DNA of 64,000 nt from IMG/VR virus record IMGVR_UViG_3300010885_003647; one strand, given 5' to 3'. Both the position numbers and the translations under genes were made by a program. Of the stretch, positions 47,259 through 57,900 are shown piece by piece (positions within the stretch are counted from its first letter, which is position 1; each line of letters opens with the position of its first letter). Below the pieces are notes generated by a model that saw nothing but the letters and a program-made list of their open reading frames with translations, was not told where the DNA came from and ran no database searches. The DNA comes from an uncultured virus (IMG/VR IMGVR_UViG_3300010885_003647) (taxonomy: Duplodnaviria > Heunggongvirae > Uroviricota > Caudoviricetes).

Positions 47259-49151
47259 ATGTCATTACAAAAACTACAATTTAGACCTGGAATTAACCGA
47301 GAAGGTACTGACTATTCTAACGAGGGAGGGTGGTACGACTGTGATAAAGTTCGTTTTCGTTCTGGTTTTCCTGAGAAACTTGGTGGTTGGACTCAACTTA
47401 CTAGCACTCAATACTTAGGTGTCTGCCGTAACTTGTGGAGCTGGTCTTCTACTGCAGGTGATCTTTATCTAGCTGTTGGTACAAACAAGAAGTTCTACAT
47501 TGAGCTTGGTGGTACTTACTTTGACATTACCCCATACATACAGAGCGATGTAGTTGAAAACCCATTTACTACAAACTACCCAGACGAGCCATACAAGGTT
47601 ACTGTAACAGACATTTCTTACCGCCCTGAAGCAGGCGACTTTGTTGTTTTTGCAAACGCTACAGCTTTTTCTAATGTCATCATTGATGGCGAGTATGTTG
47701 TTACCGATGTTATTAACTCAACTTCTTATACTGTTATTTCAGAAAACCCCGCAAACTCTGCAGCTACAGGCGGTGGTAATGTAACGATTAACTACGAATA
47801 TCCTGTGGGTGGTGATATCTACACCGTAGGTAATGGTTGGGGTGCTGGTCCTTGGGGTCGTGGTGCATGGGGTTCTGCATATACCTCTGGTGTTGGCGTA
47901 CAGCTTCGTTTATGGTCAAGCTCTAACTTTGGTGTTAACTTAGTTTTAGCCCCTCGTGGTGGTCCGATTTACTATTGGGTTCAATACACAGGTCTTGGCA
48001 CACGTGCTCAGTCTTTAAGTTCTTTAGCTAACACCGCTGGCTTTGCTGGTGAGTATGTTCCTATTGCTACAAACCAAGTAGTTGCATCTTCTATTCAAGA
48101 GTTCGTTATTGCGATGGGGGCTAATTCCTATCAAGAAGGTACACCATCTACTTCGTTTAATCCAATGCTAGTTCGTTGGTCTGACCAAGTTAATCCATTC
48201 CAATGGGTTCCAGAGATTACAAACCAGTCAGGTGAATTCTTACTAACCAGCGGCTCTTACATCATGGGCGCTAGAACGACCCGTCAAGAGATCCTAATCT
48301 GGACTGACTCAACTCTGTATTCTATGCAGTACATTGGTTCTCCTTATGTTTGGGGCTTCCAGATTCTGATGGATAACATCTCGATTATCTCACCTAATGC
48401 AATGGTTACCGTGAACAACGTGACTTACTGGATGGGTAAAGAGAAGTTCTATATGTATTCTGGACGAGTAGAAACCCTACCTTGCTCACTGCGTCAGTTC
48501 GTATTCCAAGACATAAACCAAAACCAAGCATTCCAAATCTTCTGCGGAAGTAACGAGGCATATAACGAGGTTTGGTGGTTCTATGTCAGCAACGAAAGCG
48601 TAGGCAATACAGTAGATAAGTATGTTATTTATAACTACCTAGACCGTGTTTGGTACTACGGAACTATGGCTCGTACTGCATGGCTTGATACTGGAACTCG
48701 TCAATACCCGCTATCTGCAGATTACAACAACCGTATCCTAAACCAAGAAGCTTCAGTAGACGATGAGGCTTTAGATGTACCCGTAGCTATTAATGCTTAT
48801 GTGCAGTCTTCAGACTTTGATATCGGCGATGGATTTAACTTCGGCTTTGTATGGCGTATCTTGCCAGACGTGAACTTTAACGGCTCTAATGTGAATAACC
48901 CACAGGTTACAATGACTGTTAGACCGCGTCAGAACTCAGGTGCTCCATATACCCAAGCAGATAGCCCACAGGTAATCAGTGATGATAACTATAAGTATGG
49001 CTCAATCTACAACATTCAATTGTTTACAGGTCAGGTCTACACCCGCTTAAGGGGTAGGCAAATGGCATTTAGGATTGAGTCTACTGGACTTGGTACTGCA
49101 TGGCAGCTAGGTAGCCCCCGTATTGATATTAGACCGGATGGTAGACGCTAA
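47259..49151 (+). CDS. tail tubular B / DNA-stabilisation (P22 gp10-like) protein
   Basis: 630 aa, VRWSDQ motif and propeller-like repeats, located before the ejection proteins. Confidence 0.65.
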   Translation: MSLQKLQFRPGINREGTDYSNEGGWYDCDKVRFRSGFPEKLGGWTQLTSTQYLGVCRNLWSWSSTAGDLYLAVGTNKKFYIELGGTYFDITPYIQSDVVENPFTTNYPDEPYKVTVTDISYRPEAGDFVVFANATAFSNVIIDGEYVVTDVINSTSYTVISENPANSAATGGGNVTINYEYPVGGDIYTVGNGWGAGPWGRGAWGSAYTSGVGVQLRLWSSSNFGVNLVLAPRGGPIYYWVQYTGLGTRAQSLSSLANTAGFAGEYVPIATNQVVASSIQEFVIAMGANSYQEGTPSTSFNPMLVRWSDQVNPFQWVPEITNQSGEFLLTSGSYIMGARTTRQEILIWTDSTLYSMQYIGSPYVWGFQILMDNISIISPNAMVTVNNVTYWMGKEKFYMYSGRVETLPCSLRQFVFQDINQNQAFQIFCGSNEAYNEVWWFYVSNESVGNTVDKYVIYNYLDRVWYYGTMARTAWLDTGTRQYPLSADYNNRILNQEASVDDEALDVPVAINAYVQSSDFDIGDGFNFGFVWRILPDVNFNGSNVNNPQVTMTVRPRQNSGAPYTQADSPQVISDDNYKYGSIYNIQLFTGQVYTRLRGRQMAFRIESTGLGTAWQLGSPRIDIRPDGRR

Positions 49152-49825
49152 TGGCAAATGCAGCAATCATTGCAAAAACCTCGATAATTCCATCGAAGGC
49201 ACCCAACTTACCTATTGGGCCAGTAGAGTACACCCAGTTGTACATGGATCAGTTTGCAAATACATTGCGCCTATACTTTAACCAAATTGATAATACACAG
49301 GGCGCTTTGCTAGGCCCCAATGGTGGCAAGTTCATACGCAACCCCACCCTAACCGCTTATAACCCTAGCTCACAATACGCATTAAGTAATACGGCATCTA
49401 GCATTGAGTGGGAAAACATAGTTGTTTCGTCTGGGTTTGTAATCGATACTGCAAACAATTCAGCCGTTTGTGCGCAAACAGGGGTCTATAAGGTCAACTA
49501 CAGGATAGCCTTATCCAATAACGACTCTGTCCCGCACGATGCCACGATATGGCTACAGCTCAATTTTGAGGATGTTGATAACTCAGCTACTACCTTTACG
49601 GTACCTGCTAATGGTACTACGGGGGCTTTCTCTACCTATTCCTTTTTGGTCAATGCGGCTGATGCAATTTCACTATCTTGGGCTACAGATCAGGCAGCCA
49701 CTGCCAACAGTTCTTCATTAGGGGTGTTCCTTGAGGCTACCCCAGCATTGACTTCACCCTATACCGCGCCCGCTGTACCCTCGGCTGTAGGCGTAATAAC
49801 CTTTATATCTGCACCTGTTACATGA
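49151..49825 (+). CDS. virion structural protein
   Basis: LRLYFNQID helix followed by a C1q/TNF-like beta domain (GVYKVNY). Confidence 0.65.
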   Translation: MANAAIIAKTSIIPSKAPNLPIGPVEYTQLYMDQFANTLRLYFNQIDNTQGALLGPNGGKFIRNPTLTAYNPSSQYALSNTASSIEWENIVVSSGFVIDTANNSAVCAQTGVYKVNYRIALSNNDSVPHDATIWLQLNFEDVDNSATTFTVPANGTTGAFSTYSFLVNAADAISLSWATDQAATANSSSLGVFLEATPALTSPYTAPAVPSAVGVITFISAPVT

Positions 49826-49855
49826 TAAAATCTACACAAATTAACTGGAATTCTT

Positions 49856-51880
49856 ATGCCTGTCAATGATCCCAACAATCCGGGTCCGCTAAGCTCTATG
49901 GGACAGTCCATGTTCCCTGGAAGTACTGTGCACACGGCTGAATACAATGTATCTAGCCAATACCCTACGGCTGCTTTAAACGCCATGACAGGCTATGAAC
50001 CATCCACTAACCCCCTAACGGGCGAGGAACTGCCAAACTTTGCTGGTGGTGGCATTGTGTCCCTTGCTACTGGGGGCGAAATTGCAGATGCTTATCGTCA
50101 GTATTTAGGTCGTGATCCTGAAGCAGGTGCTTACGATGCTTGGGCTGGCGCTGATATGGGTTCTTTAATTGCTGGTATAACTGGAAGTCAAGAATATGCA
50201 AACCGGAGTAGTGGCGGAGGTGGTGGCGGCGGTAGTAGTTCTAGTGGTGGTGGTAGTTCTGGTGGGACTGACATTAACGCTCTTTACCAGCAATATTTAG
50301 GACGTAATGCTGATGCTTCTGGAGCAGCTACCTATGCTGGCTGGAATCCAGATGATATTCGTAATGCTATTTTAGGCAGCCAAGAATACGCTAACCGTAC
50401 TAGTAGTGGGGGTGGCAGTAGTGGCGGAGGTGGTGGTAGTGCTGGTGGTAATGACATTAATTCTCTTTATCAACAGTATTTAGGTCGTGGTGCAGACGCT
50501 TCAGGTATTGCTACCTACGCTGGATGGAGTCCAGACCAAATCAAAGCAGCTATCTTAGGTAGCCCAGAATATGCCAACGCACACCCAGAAGCTGTTAAAG
50601 CTGATTCAGCGCAAAAGATACAAGAGCTAGCTGATGTAGCTTTTAGTAAGTACAGAACAAATCAAAACTACGATGCAGAACTTCAGCAATTAGATGCCTT
50701 GGCTGCTACTAACCCTGCAGCATACTATAAAGCAAAGATTGGTTGGGTTGGTAATCAAATGGGTTGGCAGGCTGGTCAAGGTACATCCTCAGCTACTATG
50801 CCTGGAATGACGGCTGAACTTAAGACCTATTTAGCTGGAGCTAAAGCGGCAGGTGTTACCGATGCTGAAATCAATAGCATTGTTAATACTAATTCTGCAT
50901 TACAACAGAAAGTAAATGCTGAACGAATTGCATCAGATGCTAAGGGCGCGCATGGCTGGATTGATCAGAATCTAGGACAAGGTGTAACTTCAGGTCTTAC
51001 TACTGCAGCAGCTCTGTTAGCTTCTTATTTTGTTCCTGGTGGTGGCGCGCTTGTTGGTATTGGTAAGAACCTTCTTAATAGTACAGAAGATAACTACACT
51101 AAACCTAATGGTATTGGTACTTTAAATTACAAGTCCCCAACTACAGGTACTTCATCTACATCTACCGCCTCACGCACACCGACAACAGTAACTCGTACCC
51201 CTACCTATTCCACAACTTCAAGTACCCCTTCATATAGCAATCCTGGAGATCCTACTTCGGTTACAGGCACTGGAACAACTACTGGGACAGGCACTGGAAC
51301 AACTACTGGGACAGGTATAAATTCTTTAAGTACAAGCAATCCTATTAATGCCAATGGCGATCCAGTTGTACAAGAAGTACCTCTCTTTAAGGCTACACCA
51401 AGCGGTTTGGCTGGTTCGGCTTCTGTTGCTCAAAATGTCACTCAAAACGCTAATCCAACTCAAACTTCCATAGATGAGTTAGCAAGAAAAGTACAAGAAC
51501 AACAACAAATTACCGCACAATTGCAACCAGAATACAACCCAGACTATTACGATATGGCTCAAGGGGGTCTTACAAGTCTTCGTAGCGGCGGTATGGGTGC
51601 TAGTCTTGGTGGTTATTCTGATGGTGGGCAGCTACTAAAAGGCCCTGGAGATGGCATGAGTGACAATATTCCAGCTACAATAGGGAATAAACAACCTGCT
51701 CGCTTAGCGGATGGGGAATTTGTCATTCCTGCAGATGTAGTATCGCACTTAGGTAATGGCTCAACCGATGCTGGGGCAAAGCATTTGTATAGCATGATGG
51801 AAAAGATTCGCAAAGCAAGAACAGGTAACCCTAAACAGGGTAAACAGATTAACGTAAATAAGTTTTTACCAAGAGGTTAA
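49856..51880 (+). CDS. internal virion / ejection protein with three DUF4214-like repeats
   Basis: YQQYLGR..D repeats; C-terminal GPGDGMSDNIPA...RLADGEFVIPADVV. Confidence 0.7.
   Translation: MPVNDPNNPGPLSSMGQSMFPGSTVHTAEYNVSSQYPTAALNAMTGYEPSTNPLTGEELPNFAGGGIVSLATGGEIADAYRQYLGRDPEAGAYDAWAGADMGSLIAGITGSQEYANRSSGGGGGGGSSSSGGGSSGGTDINALYQQYLGRNADASGAATYAGWNPDDIRNAILGSQEYANRTSSGGGSSGGGGGSAGGNDINSLYQQYLGRGADASGIATYAGWSPDQIKAAILGSPEYANAHPEAVKADSAQKIQELADVAFSKYRTNQNYDAELQQLDALAATNPAAYYKAKIGWVGNQMGWQAGQGTSSATMPGMTAELKTYLAGAKAAGVTDAEINSIVNTNSALQQKVNAERIASDAKGAHGWIDQNLGQGVTSGLTTAAALLASYFVPGGGALVGIGKNLLNSTEDNYTKPNGIGTLNYKSPTTGTSSTSTASRTPTTVTRTPTYSTTSSTPSYSNPGDPTSVTGTGTTTGTGTGTTTGTGINSLSTSNPINANGDPVVQEVPLFKATPSGLAGSASVAQNVTQNANPTQTSIDELARKVQEQQQITAQLQPEYNPDYYDMAQGGLTSLRSGGMGASLGGYSDGGQLLKGPGDGMSDNIPATIGNKQPARLADGEFVIPADVVSHLGNGSTDAGAKHLYSMMEKIRKARTGNPKQGKQINVNKFLPRG
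51263..51315 (+). repeat. 24-bp perfect tandem repeat (2.2 copies)
   Basis: ACAGGCACTGGAACAACTACTGGG twice, encoding TGTGTTTG. Confidence 0.9.
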
Positions 51881-51882
51881 AC

Positions 51883-53373
51883 ATGGGTATTTTTGATCCA
51901 CAACCACTCCCTTCAAGTCCAACGTCGCAAGGCACCACAACTGGAGCAATCAATCCGTGGGCACAACCGTATGTAACTAACTACTTAAATCAAGCTAATG
52001 CTGTAGTTGCAAACCAAGGCTTTACTCCATTACAACAACAAGCCTATGGCGGAGCAGGAAGTTTGTCGGGTGGCGCAACAACGCAACAAGGGTTGGCGGC
52101 TGCAAACCAAGGTATTACTGGAGCATTAGGTGCTGGTCAGAACTACCAGAATATGGCTACTAATCCAAATTCAATGCAAGCGTATATGAGTCCATATATT
52201 CAAAATGCTTTGGATCCTACACTTAGAGAAATTACACGTCAATACGGTATTACTGGGATGCAAGAACAAAGCGCGGCAACTAACGCAGGTGCTTTTGGTG
52301 GTTCACGTGAAGCGTTAATGGCTGCAGAAAACCAACGCAATAAGAACCTTGCTATGAACCAAGCGATTGGTACAGGTTATCAGAACGCTTTTCAAAATGC
52401 ACAACAAGCGCAACAGTATCAAAATACTTTAGGGCTTCAAGGCAATCAGGCTGCGATTCAAGGTGCCAATCAAATGGCTACTCAAGGACAAGGCATTCTT
52501 GGACTACAAAATCAATTTGGTACACAGCAACAACAATATCCGTACCAACAAGTTGGCTTCCTACAAAGTATGCTCAATGGTCTTCCTGTATCTAGCCAAA
52601 CTACACAAGGCTGGCAAGCAGGTCCTAATAAGGCTTCACAGATTGCAGGTCTTGGTACTGCGGGTGCTGGCATATTGGGTTCATTACTTGGTGGTGGTGC
52701 TAAAGGTTCTCAAGCTGCTAGCCTATTAGATTACTTATTTGGTACAGGTGGTAGTAAAACGGGTGGAGGTACTACTGGCGGTACAGGTGGTACAGGTACT
52801 AGCGCTGTCGGCGCTGCTACTAACTATGGTATTGGCTCTATTAAAAATTGGCTTAATGGAAATCCTTATTCTGGTCAAACTACTGGTATGGGGGATCAAG
52901 GTGCCTCTAGTCCAACATTACCAGACGGTTCTCCAAATCCTAACTATGACGCTTATGCAGATCCTAATGCAACTCAAGATGCAATAAACGCACAAAACGC
53001 AGCTAATCAAACTGGTGGACAGGCGTTTGATTCAAGTGGTAATCCTATAGACAATAGCGTAAGCCAATATGATCCAAATTGGAATGTTGACTCTGGCTAT
53101 GTACCCGACAATTCTGTAATCGACTCAAGCACTTACAATCCTAGCGATTTTGGTGGTGGCGATTTTAGTTATGACACTTCTAGCCTCTATGATCCTGGTT
53201 CTTTTAACTTTGACTATAGTAGCGTTGCTGATCTTGGTGGTGACGCTAGTAGTCTTTTTGACTTTGGATCTTTGTTTGGAGCTAAAGGTGGACACATTAA
53301 AGACGGCGGTATTAAACGATACGCAAACGGCGGTTTAGTAGCGCTTGCCATTAAGAACGCATTGAAAGGTTAA
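51883..53373 (+). CDS. internal virion / DNA ejection protein
   Basis: Q/G/N-rich, YMSPYIQ...GAFGGSR motif. Confidence 0.7.
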   Translation: MGIFDPQPLPSSPTSQGTTTGAINPWAQPYVTNYLNQANAVVANQGFTPLQQQAYGGAGSLSGGATTQQGLAAANQGITGALGAGQNYQNMATNPNSMQAYMSPYIQNALDPTLREITRQYGITGMQEQSAATNAGAFGGSREALMAAENQRNKNLAMNQAIGTGYQNAFQNAQQAQQYQNTLGLQGNQAAIQGANQMATQGQGILGLQNQFGTQQQQYPYQQVGFLQSMLNGLPVSSQTTQGWQAGPNKASQIAGLGTAGAGILGSLLGGGAKGSQAASLLDYLFGTGGSKTGGGTTGGTGGTGTSAVGAATNYGIGSIKNWLNGNPYSGQTTGMGDQGASSPTLPDGSPNPNYDAYADPNATQDAINAQNAANQTGGQAFDSSGNPIDNSVSQYDPNWNVDSGYVPDNSVIDSSTYNPSDFGGGDFSYDTSSLYDPGSFNFDYSSVADLGGDASSLFDFGSLFGAKGGHIKDGGIKRYANGGLVALAIKNALKG

Positions 53374-53375
53374 GT

Positions 53376-54914
53376 ATGATTGGCGATTACTTTAGCAAGA
53401 TGGCTGCTGCACAAAAATTAAATCCAGCACAACAACAACAATCTGTACAAAATGGAATACTAACTCCCAATATGGCTCAAGACGCACGTCAAGGGCAACC
53501 AAAAGCTATGCCACAAATGCCTGCACAAGAGCAACCACAAGGACTTGAAGGAATGGCACAACAAGTTATGCAAGAAGCAAGCCAAGCTGCTGGTCCAAAC
53601 CCTGTTGTATTACAACAAATTGCAAAGCTACGGCAAGAGATACCACAAATCCAAAAGCTAATAGAAATAGATAAGTTAAAACCTTATGAGGGTATTCCAT
53701 TACTAAAAGAAAAAGTAGGGATGTTAAAGAAGCTAGAAGCTCAAGTACAACCAAGCGCAGGTTTAGGTGCATTGCCAACAGCCCAAGAAGGTGTAGCTGC
53801 ATTACCTACTGGCATGAATGAGCAAAGCTTTGCTGGTGGTGGTATTGTTGCTTTTTCTGAAGGCGGCTATAACCCTTGGAGTATTAGTGCACCTAGCGCT
53901 TCTGGTTTAGATAAACGTATTTATGAAGCTATTAAGAACAAACTTAGCGAGTGGAATAAGCCTTGGGGTAAAACAGTTGATGCTACTCCCGAAGAAATTC
54001 GTGGCGCTATGACAGGTAAAAATTTAGCTAGCGAAAAAGAAAAGTTTGCACCTGCCCCTACTGCAGAACAAACAGCTAACTTTATGGGTGACCTTAATCC
54101 AACTTCTGTAAAAACTAGTGGTGTTCAGTTTGATCCTACGGCTGGTGGTACTTATAGTCCACCTAAAGCCCCTGCACGTGTTTTTTCAAGTGCTCCCCCT
54201 GCGGCTCCTAACGCTGAGGCTCCTCCACCTCCTCCTCCACCTCCTGCTCAAGCAGCTGCTCCTAAAAATGGTGCAGAAGATCAATTTGCTCCGCTTGCTC
54301 AGTTACTACAGGAAGATAGAGAAAATAAACGAAGAGAGCATGAAGGTGATAAATGGTCACGTATTGCAGAGGCTGGCTTTAATATGATGGCTGGGTCTTC
54401 TCCTTATGCACTTACTAACATCGGTGCTGGTGCTGCTCAAGCTATGAAAGGCTATCAGTCAGACGTTGCTGCTGCCCGTAAAGATGAAACAGAAGCTATT
54501 AAGTCTATGGTCGCTCTTGGTATGAAGAAGAACGAAATGGCTCAGACTCTTGGACTTAAAGACCGTGAGTTTGATTTAGAATTGAAGAAGCTTGGTATTA
54601 CTGAGAAGTTATCTGAGAAGCATGGTAACTATTACGATCTAGCTGGTAAGGCATTAGCAACTCGTGCTGCTGCTGCAGGTTCTGGAGCTGGGTCTACTAC
54701 TAAGATGGATATCGCTAAATTAAATGCGGTAAAATCTACTTTTGCAACTTTACAAAAAGGCGCTGGAGATATGATGAGTCCAAATTATGGTAAGTCTCCT
54801 GAAGAACTCTGGGCTATGGCAGAATCAATGGTTACAGGTCAAAGTAACGCTGTAGCTGCCCCTGCTCCTGTTGGTACTTGGAGTCCAAAAAGCGGTTACA
54901 AACCTAATAAATAA
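53376..54914 (+). CDS. internal virion / DNA ejection protein
   Basis: Low-complexity, FAGGGIVAF motif, position in the ejection module. Confidence 0.65.
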   Translation: MIGDYFSKMAAAQKLNPAQQQQSVQNGILTPNMAQDARQGQPKAMPQMPAQEQPQGLEGMAQQVMQEASQAAGPNPVVLQQIAKLRQEIPQIQKLIEIDKLKPYEGIPLLKEKVGMLKKLEAQVQPSAGLGALPTAQEGVAALPTGMNEQSFAGGGIVAFSEGGYNPWSISAPSASGLDKRIYEAIKNKLSEWNKPWGKTVDATPEEIRGAMTGKNLASEKEKFAPAPTAEQTANFMGDLNPTSVKTSGVQFDPTAGGTYSPPKAPARVFSSAPPAAPNAEAPPPPPPPPAQAAAPKNGAEDQFAPLAQLLQEDRENKRREHEGDKWSRIAEAGFNMMAGSSPYALTNIGAGAAQAMKGYQSDVAAARKDETEAIKSMVALGMKKNEMAQTLGLKDREFDLELKKLGITEKLSEKHGNYYDLAGKALATRAAAAGSGAGSTTKMDIAKLNAVKSTFATLQKGAGDMMSPNYGKSPEELWAMAESMVTGQSNAVAAPAPVGTWSPKSGYKPNK

Positions 54915-54922
54915 AGGTAGTT

Positions 54923-57900
54923 ATGCCATTAGTTAATGTTGAAGGTGTAGGTCTAATCGACTTTCCTGAAGGTATGTCGGGCGAGCAAATTGATGCTGCG
55001 GTTAGAAAAGATATCCTTCCACAATACCCCGATATTGCCGCTAAAACAAAACGTGGATGGGGTGAAGCCCTAACTGACGTAGGCGCTAGTGCTATTAAAG
55101 GTGTTGGTGCTTTAGCTCAGTTACCTGGGCAGATTGGGCAATTAGCAGGTGTTGTAGCTCCTACCGAAACTAATACTGGATTGCAAGGTATCGGTAAACA
55201 AATAGAACAGTTTGGTGAAGAAGCTAAATCTCCAATACTTAAAGGTAAAGAAGTAGTACGTGGACAAAAGATTGAACAAGCAGATGGAATGCTTTCTGAA
55301 TTTGGTACTGCTTTTAAAGAGACAATTAAAGACCCAGCATTACTATCTTCATTCTTTGCAGAACAATTACCAAACTTAGCTGGTTCATGGGGTGGTGGCT
55401 TACTAGCTAAAGGTACAGCTAAAGCTTTGATGATGGCTACTACTGAACAAGCATTGGCTAAAGTAGGGGTTGCAGGTGCGGTTGGTACAGGCGCTATCCA
55501 ACAAGGTGCTGATGTTGGTTCTGATACTTACGAAACCATCTACAAACGTCTTATTAAAGAAGGTATGGGGGATGAGCAAGCTAATGGTATTGCTTTATCC
55601 AAGGCTCGTGTAGCCGCTTTAGAAGCCGCAGGTTTATCTTTAGGTACAGCCGCACTTCCTGGTGGTACTGCTATTGAACGTGCATTAGTTGGTAAGGGTT
55701 TACCTGGAGCTGGTGGATTTACTAAAGGTCTTTTGGGCGAAACAGCTTCTGAAACTATCGAAGAAGGTGGTGGTAAGCTTGCATCCAACTTAGGCGTACA
55801 AGAAGTATTTCCTGAGACAAGTTTAACTAAAGGTGTAGGTGCCGCTGCAGGTATGGGCGCACTGGGCGGTGCATTGTTTGGTGGTGTTGCTGGATATGTA
55901 AATGCAGACCGGGCTACTCCTGAACAGAAACAAATAGTAGCTGATGGTATCGATACTGTACAACAGCTAGAAGATCAAGCTCGCCGTGATGCGTTTGAAG
56001 CCGAGCAAAAAGCTATTGAACTCCGTGCCTTGGAAGAACGTCATGGGTTTACAAATTCAGCAGCATACGCTGAACTATCTGCAGAAGTAGAAAGATTAAA
56101 AGCAAAAGCCCAATTAGCGTTCGCTAAAGCGGATAAAGGTAAAGCAGAGATGTCTGCGTTTGCAGAAGCGCAACCTGATTTGTTTGGAATGGTTACTGCC
56201 GAAAAACAAACACAAGAAGCTGAAGTTCAGCCACCTGTAGAACAACCTAATCAATTATCTTTACCTCTTGAAGATCAACAATCACTTGCACTTAACGCTC
56301 CACCGCAACCATTAAATTTAAACTTACCTGCTCAGACGCAAGCTCCAGTAGTTCAAGGTCGCCCTATTACGCTAGAAGATATTAAAGGTATGGGTATTGG
56401 TGGTGGTCCAAACGTAAAGATCAAACAAGCTATTTTAGGTAAAGATTTAACTGACCCTAAACAAGCTGCAGAAGTTAAAGCTGCTTTGGAAGAATACGCT
56501 GGTGGTGATCGTAGTGCTAGCATTATTGCTAAAGTAGAAAGATTTTTAAATAGCGCTCCATTCCTAGAACAACAAAAACTTAGTTTGCGTCGCCCGTATG
56601 GTAGTATGAAGAAACCTGGAGTAGAAACTCCAACGGAAGAAGAACAAGCACTCTATCAAGCGGAACTAGAAGCACTACAAACATCGGAGGAACAAAATGC
56701 TGGAAAACCTATTGAACCTCTCAATGGAGGAAATGAGCCAAGCGTTCGCGTGCCTAGCAAGCGACCTGCCATCCCCACCGCAACTAAAAAACCTAAACGA
56801 CGAGGAGTGGTTCCTCCTGTCGATACTACTGGACAACCTATTGGAGCAGAAGTACCAGTCGAGCGTACACTAGGCGCAAAACCATTAACCTTAGAAGAAA
56901 AAGCGGCGCAGGCTATTGCCCAGCGTCAAGCCCCTAAAGGTGGTTACAACCCAGATATTCAAGAACCTTCTGTAGAACTCAGTACTCGTCATGCTAGAGA
57001 ATACAAAGAAGCTATTGGTAACTACTTAGAAAACGCAAACTATATAGGAGCTAAGGCTCTTGATGCACTTGCTGGTGATATGCACGCTGGGGACAACCTT
57101 ACAGATGCTAAGAGAGCGTACCGTGGGTTATCTGAAGAACAAAAGGCTTACGTAGCAGAGAAAACTAAAGAGTTAGAGAAGTACACTCGTCGTGGTGATG
57201 CGTATGCTAAACAACAAAACGAAGAAGTCGCAAGACGTAAAGCTTTCCAAGGTGAACTTGACGAACAAGAGAAAAGCCCTAAGCTTGAACGCATCCTTCC
57301 TGGTTCAACAAACGAAGAGCTTACGCAAGCTGTGCAACGGGGCGACCTTAACGCAGCACTAAACGCAATCGCCAAAGACAAATCTGACACATTTAACATC
57401 TTAGAGAAACTGGTCTCAAATCGCCTTTTGGCAAATAAAGGTAGCCTACCTAAGATTGAAGTTGTACCCGCTGGAACTATTAAAGATGGCGCAGCGCAAT
57501 ACAATCCGTTTACCGATACCGTTCAGATCAATGAGGGTGAGGTTGATTCGCATACTGTGCTACATGAAACCGTTCATGGCTTCTTGCACGCATTGATTCA
57601 GAAGTTTGAGGCAGGTGCTAAGAACAAAGGTATTGCTGATCTTAAAACTCTATACGACTTTATTAAAGAGAACCACCCTAACGTAGCAGAAGAATATGGC
57701 ATGTCTAGCTTGACTGAGTTTGCATCTGAACTTATGTCTAACCGCCAATTCCAAGAAACCCTTGCACAGATTCCATATCGTGCAGAAGCTCAAAACTTAT
57801 TTAGTGCATTCATACGCGCTGTATTAAACGCATTAGGGTTATCCCCAACATCTAAGTTAAGCGCACTAGCTAGCGGCTTGTTTGCGGCAGATCGTTCCCT

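Noticed and set aside
52463..54387. Alternative-frame Leu/Val-rich ORFs such as 52739..52987 and 54118..54387
   Set aside because: They are +1-frame artefacts of NNT-ending Gly/Ala/Pro codons with no SD, unlike the 56697 ORF.
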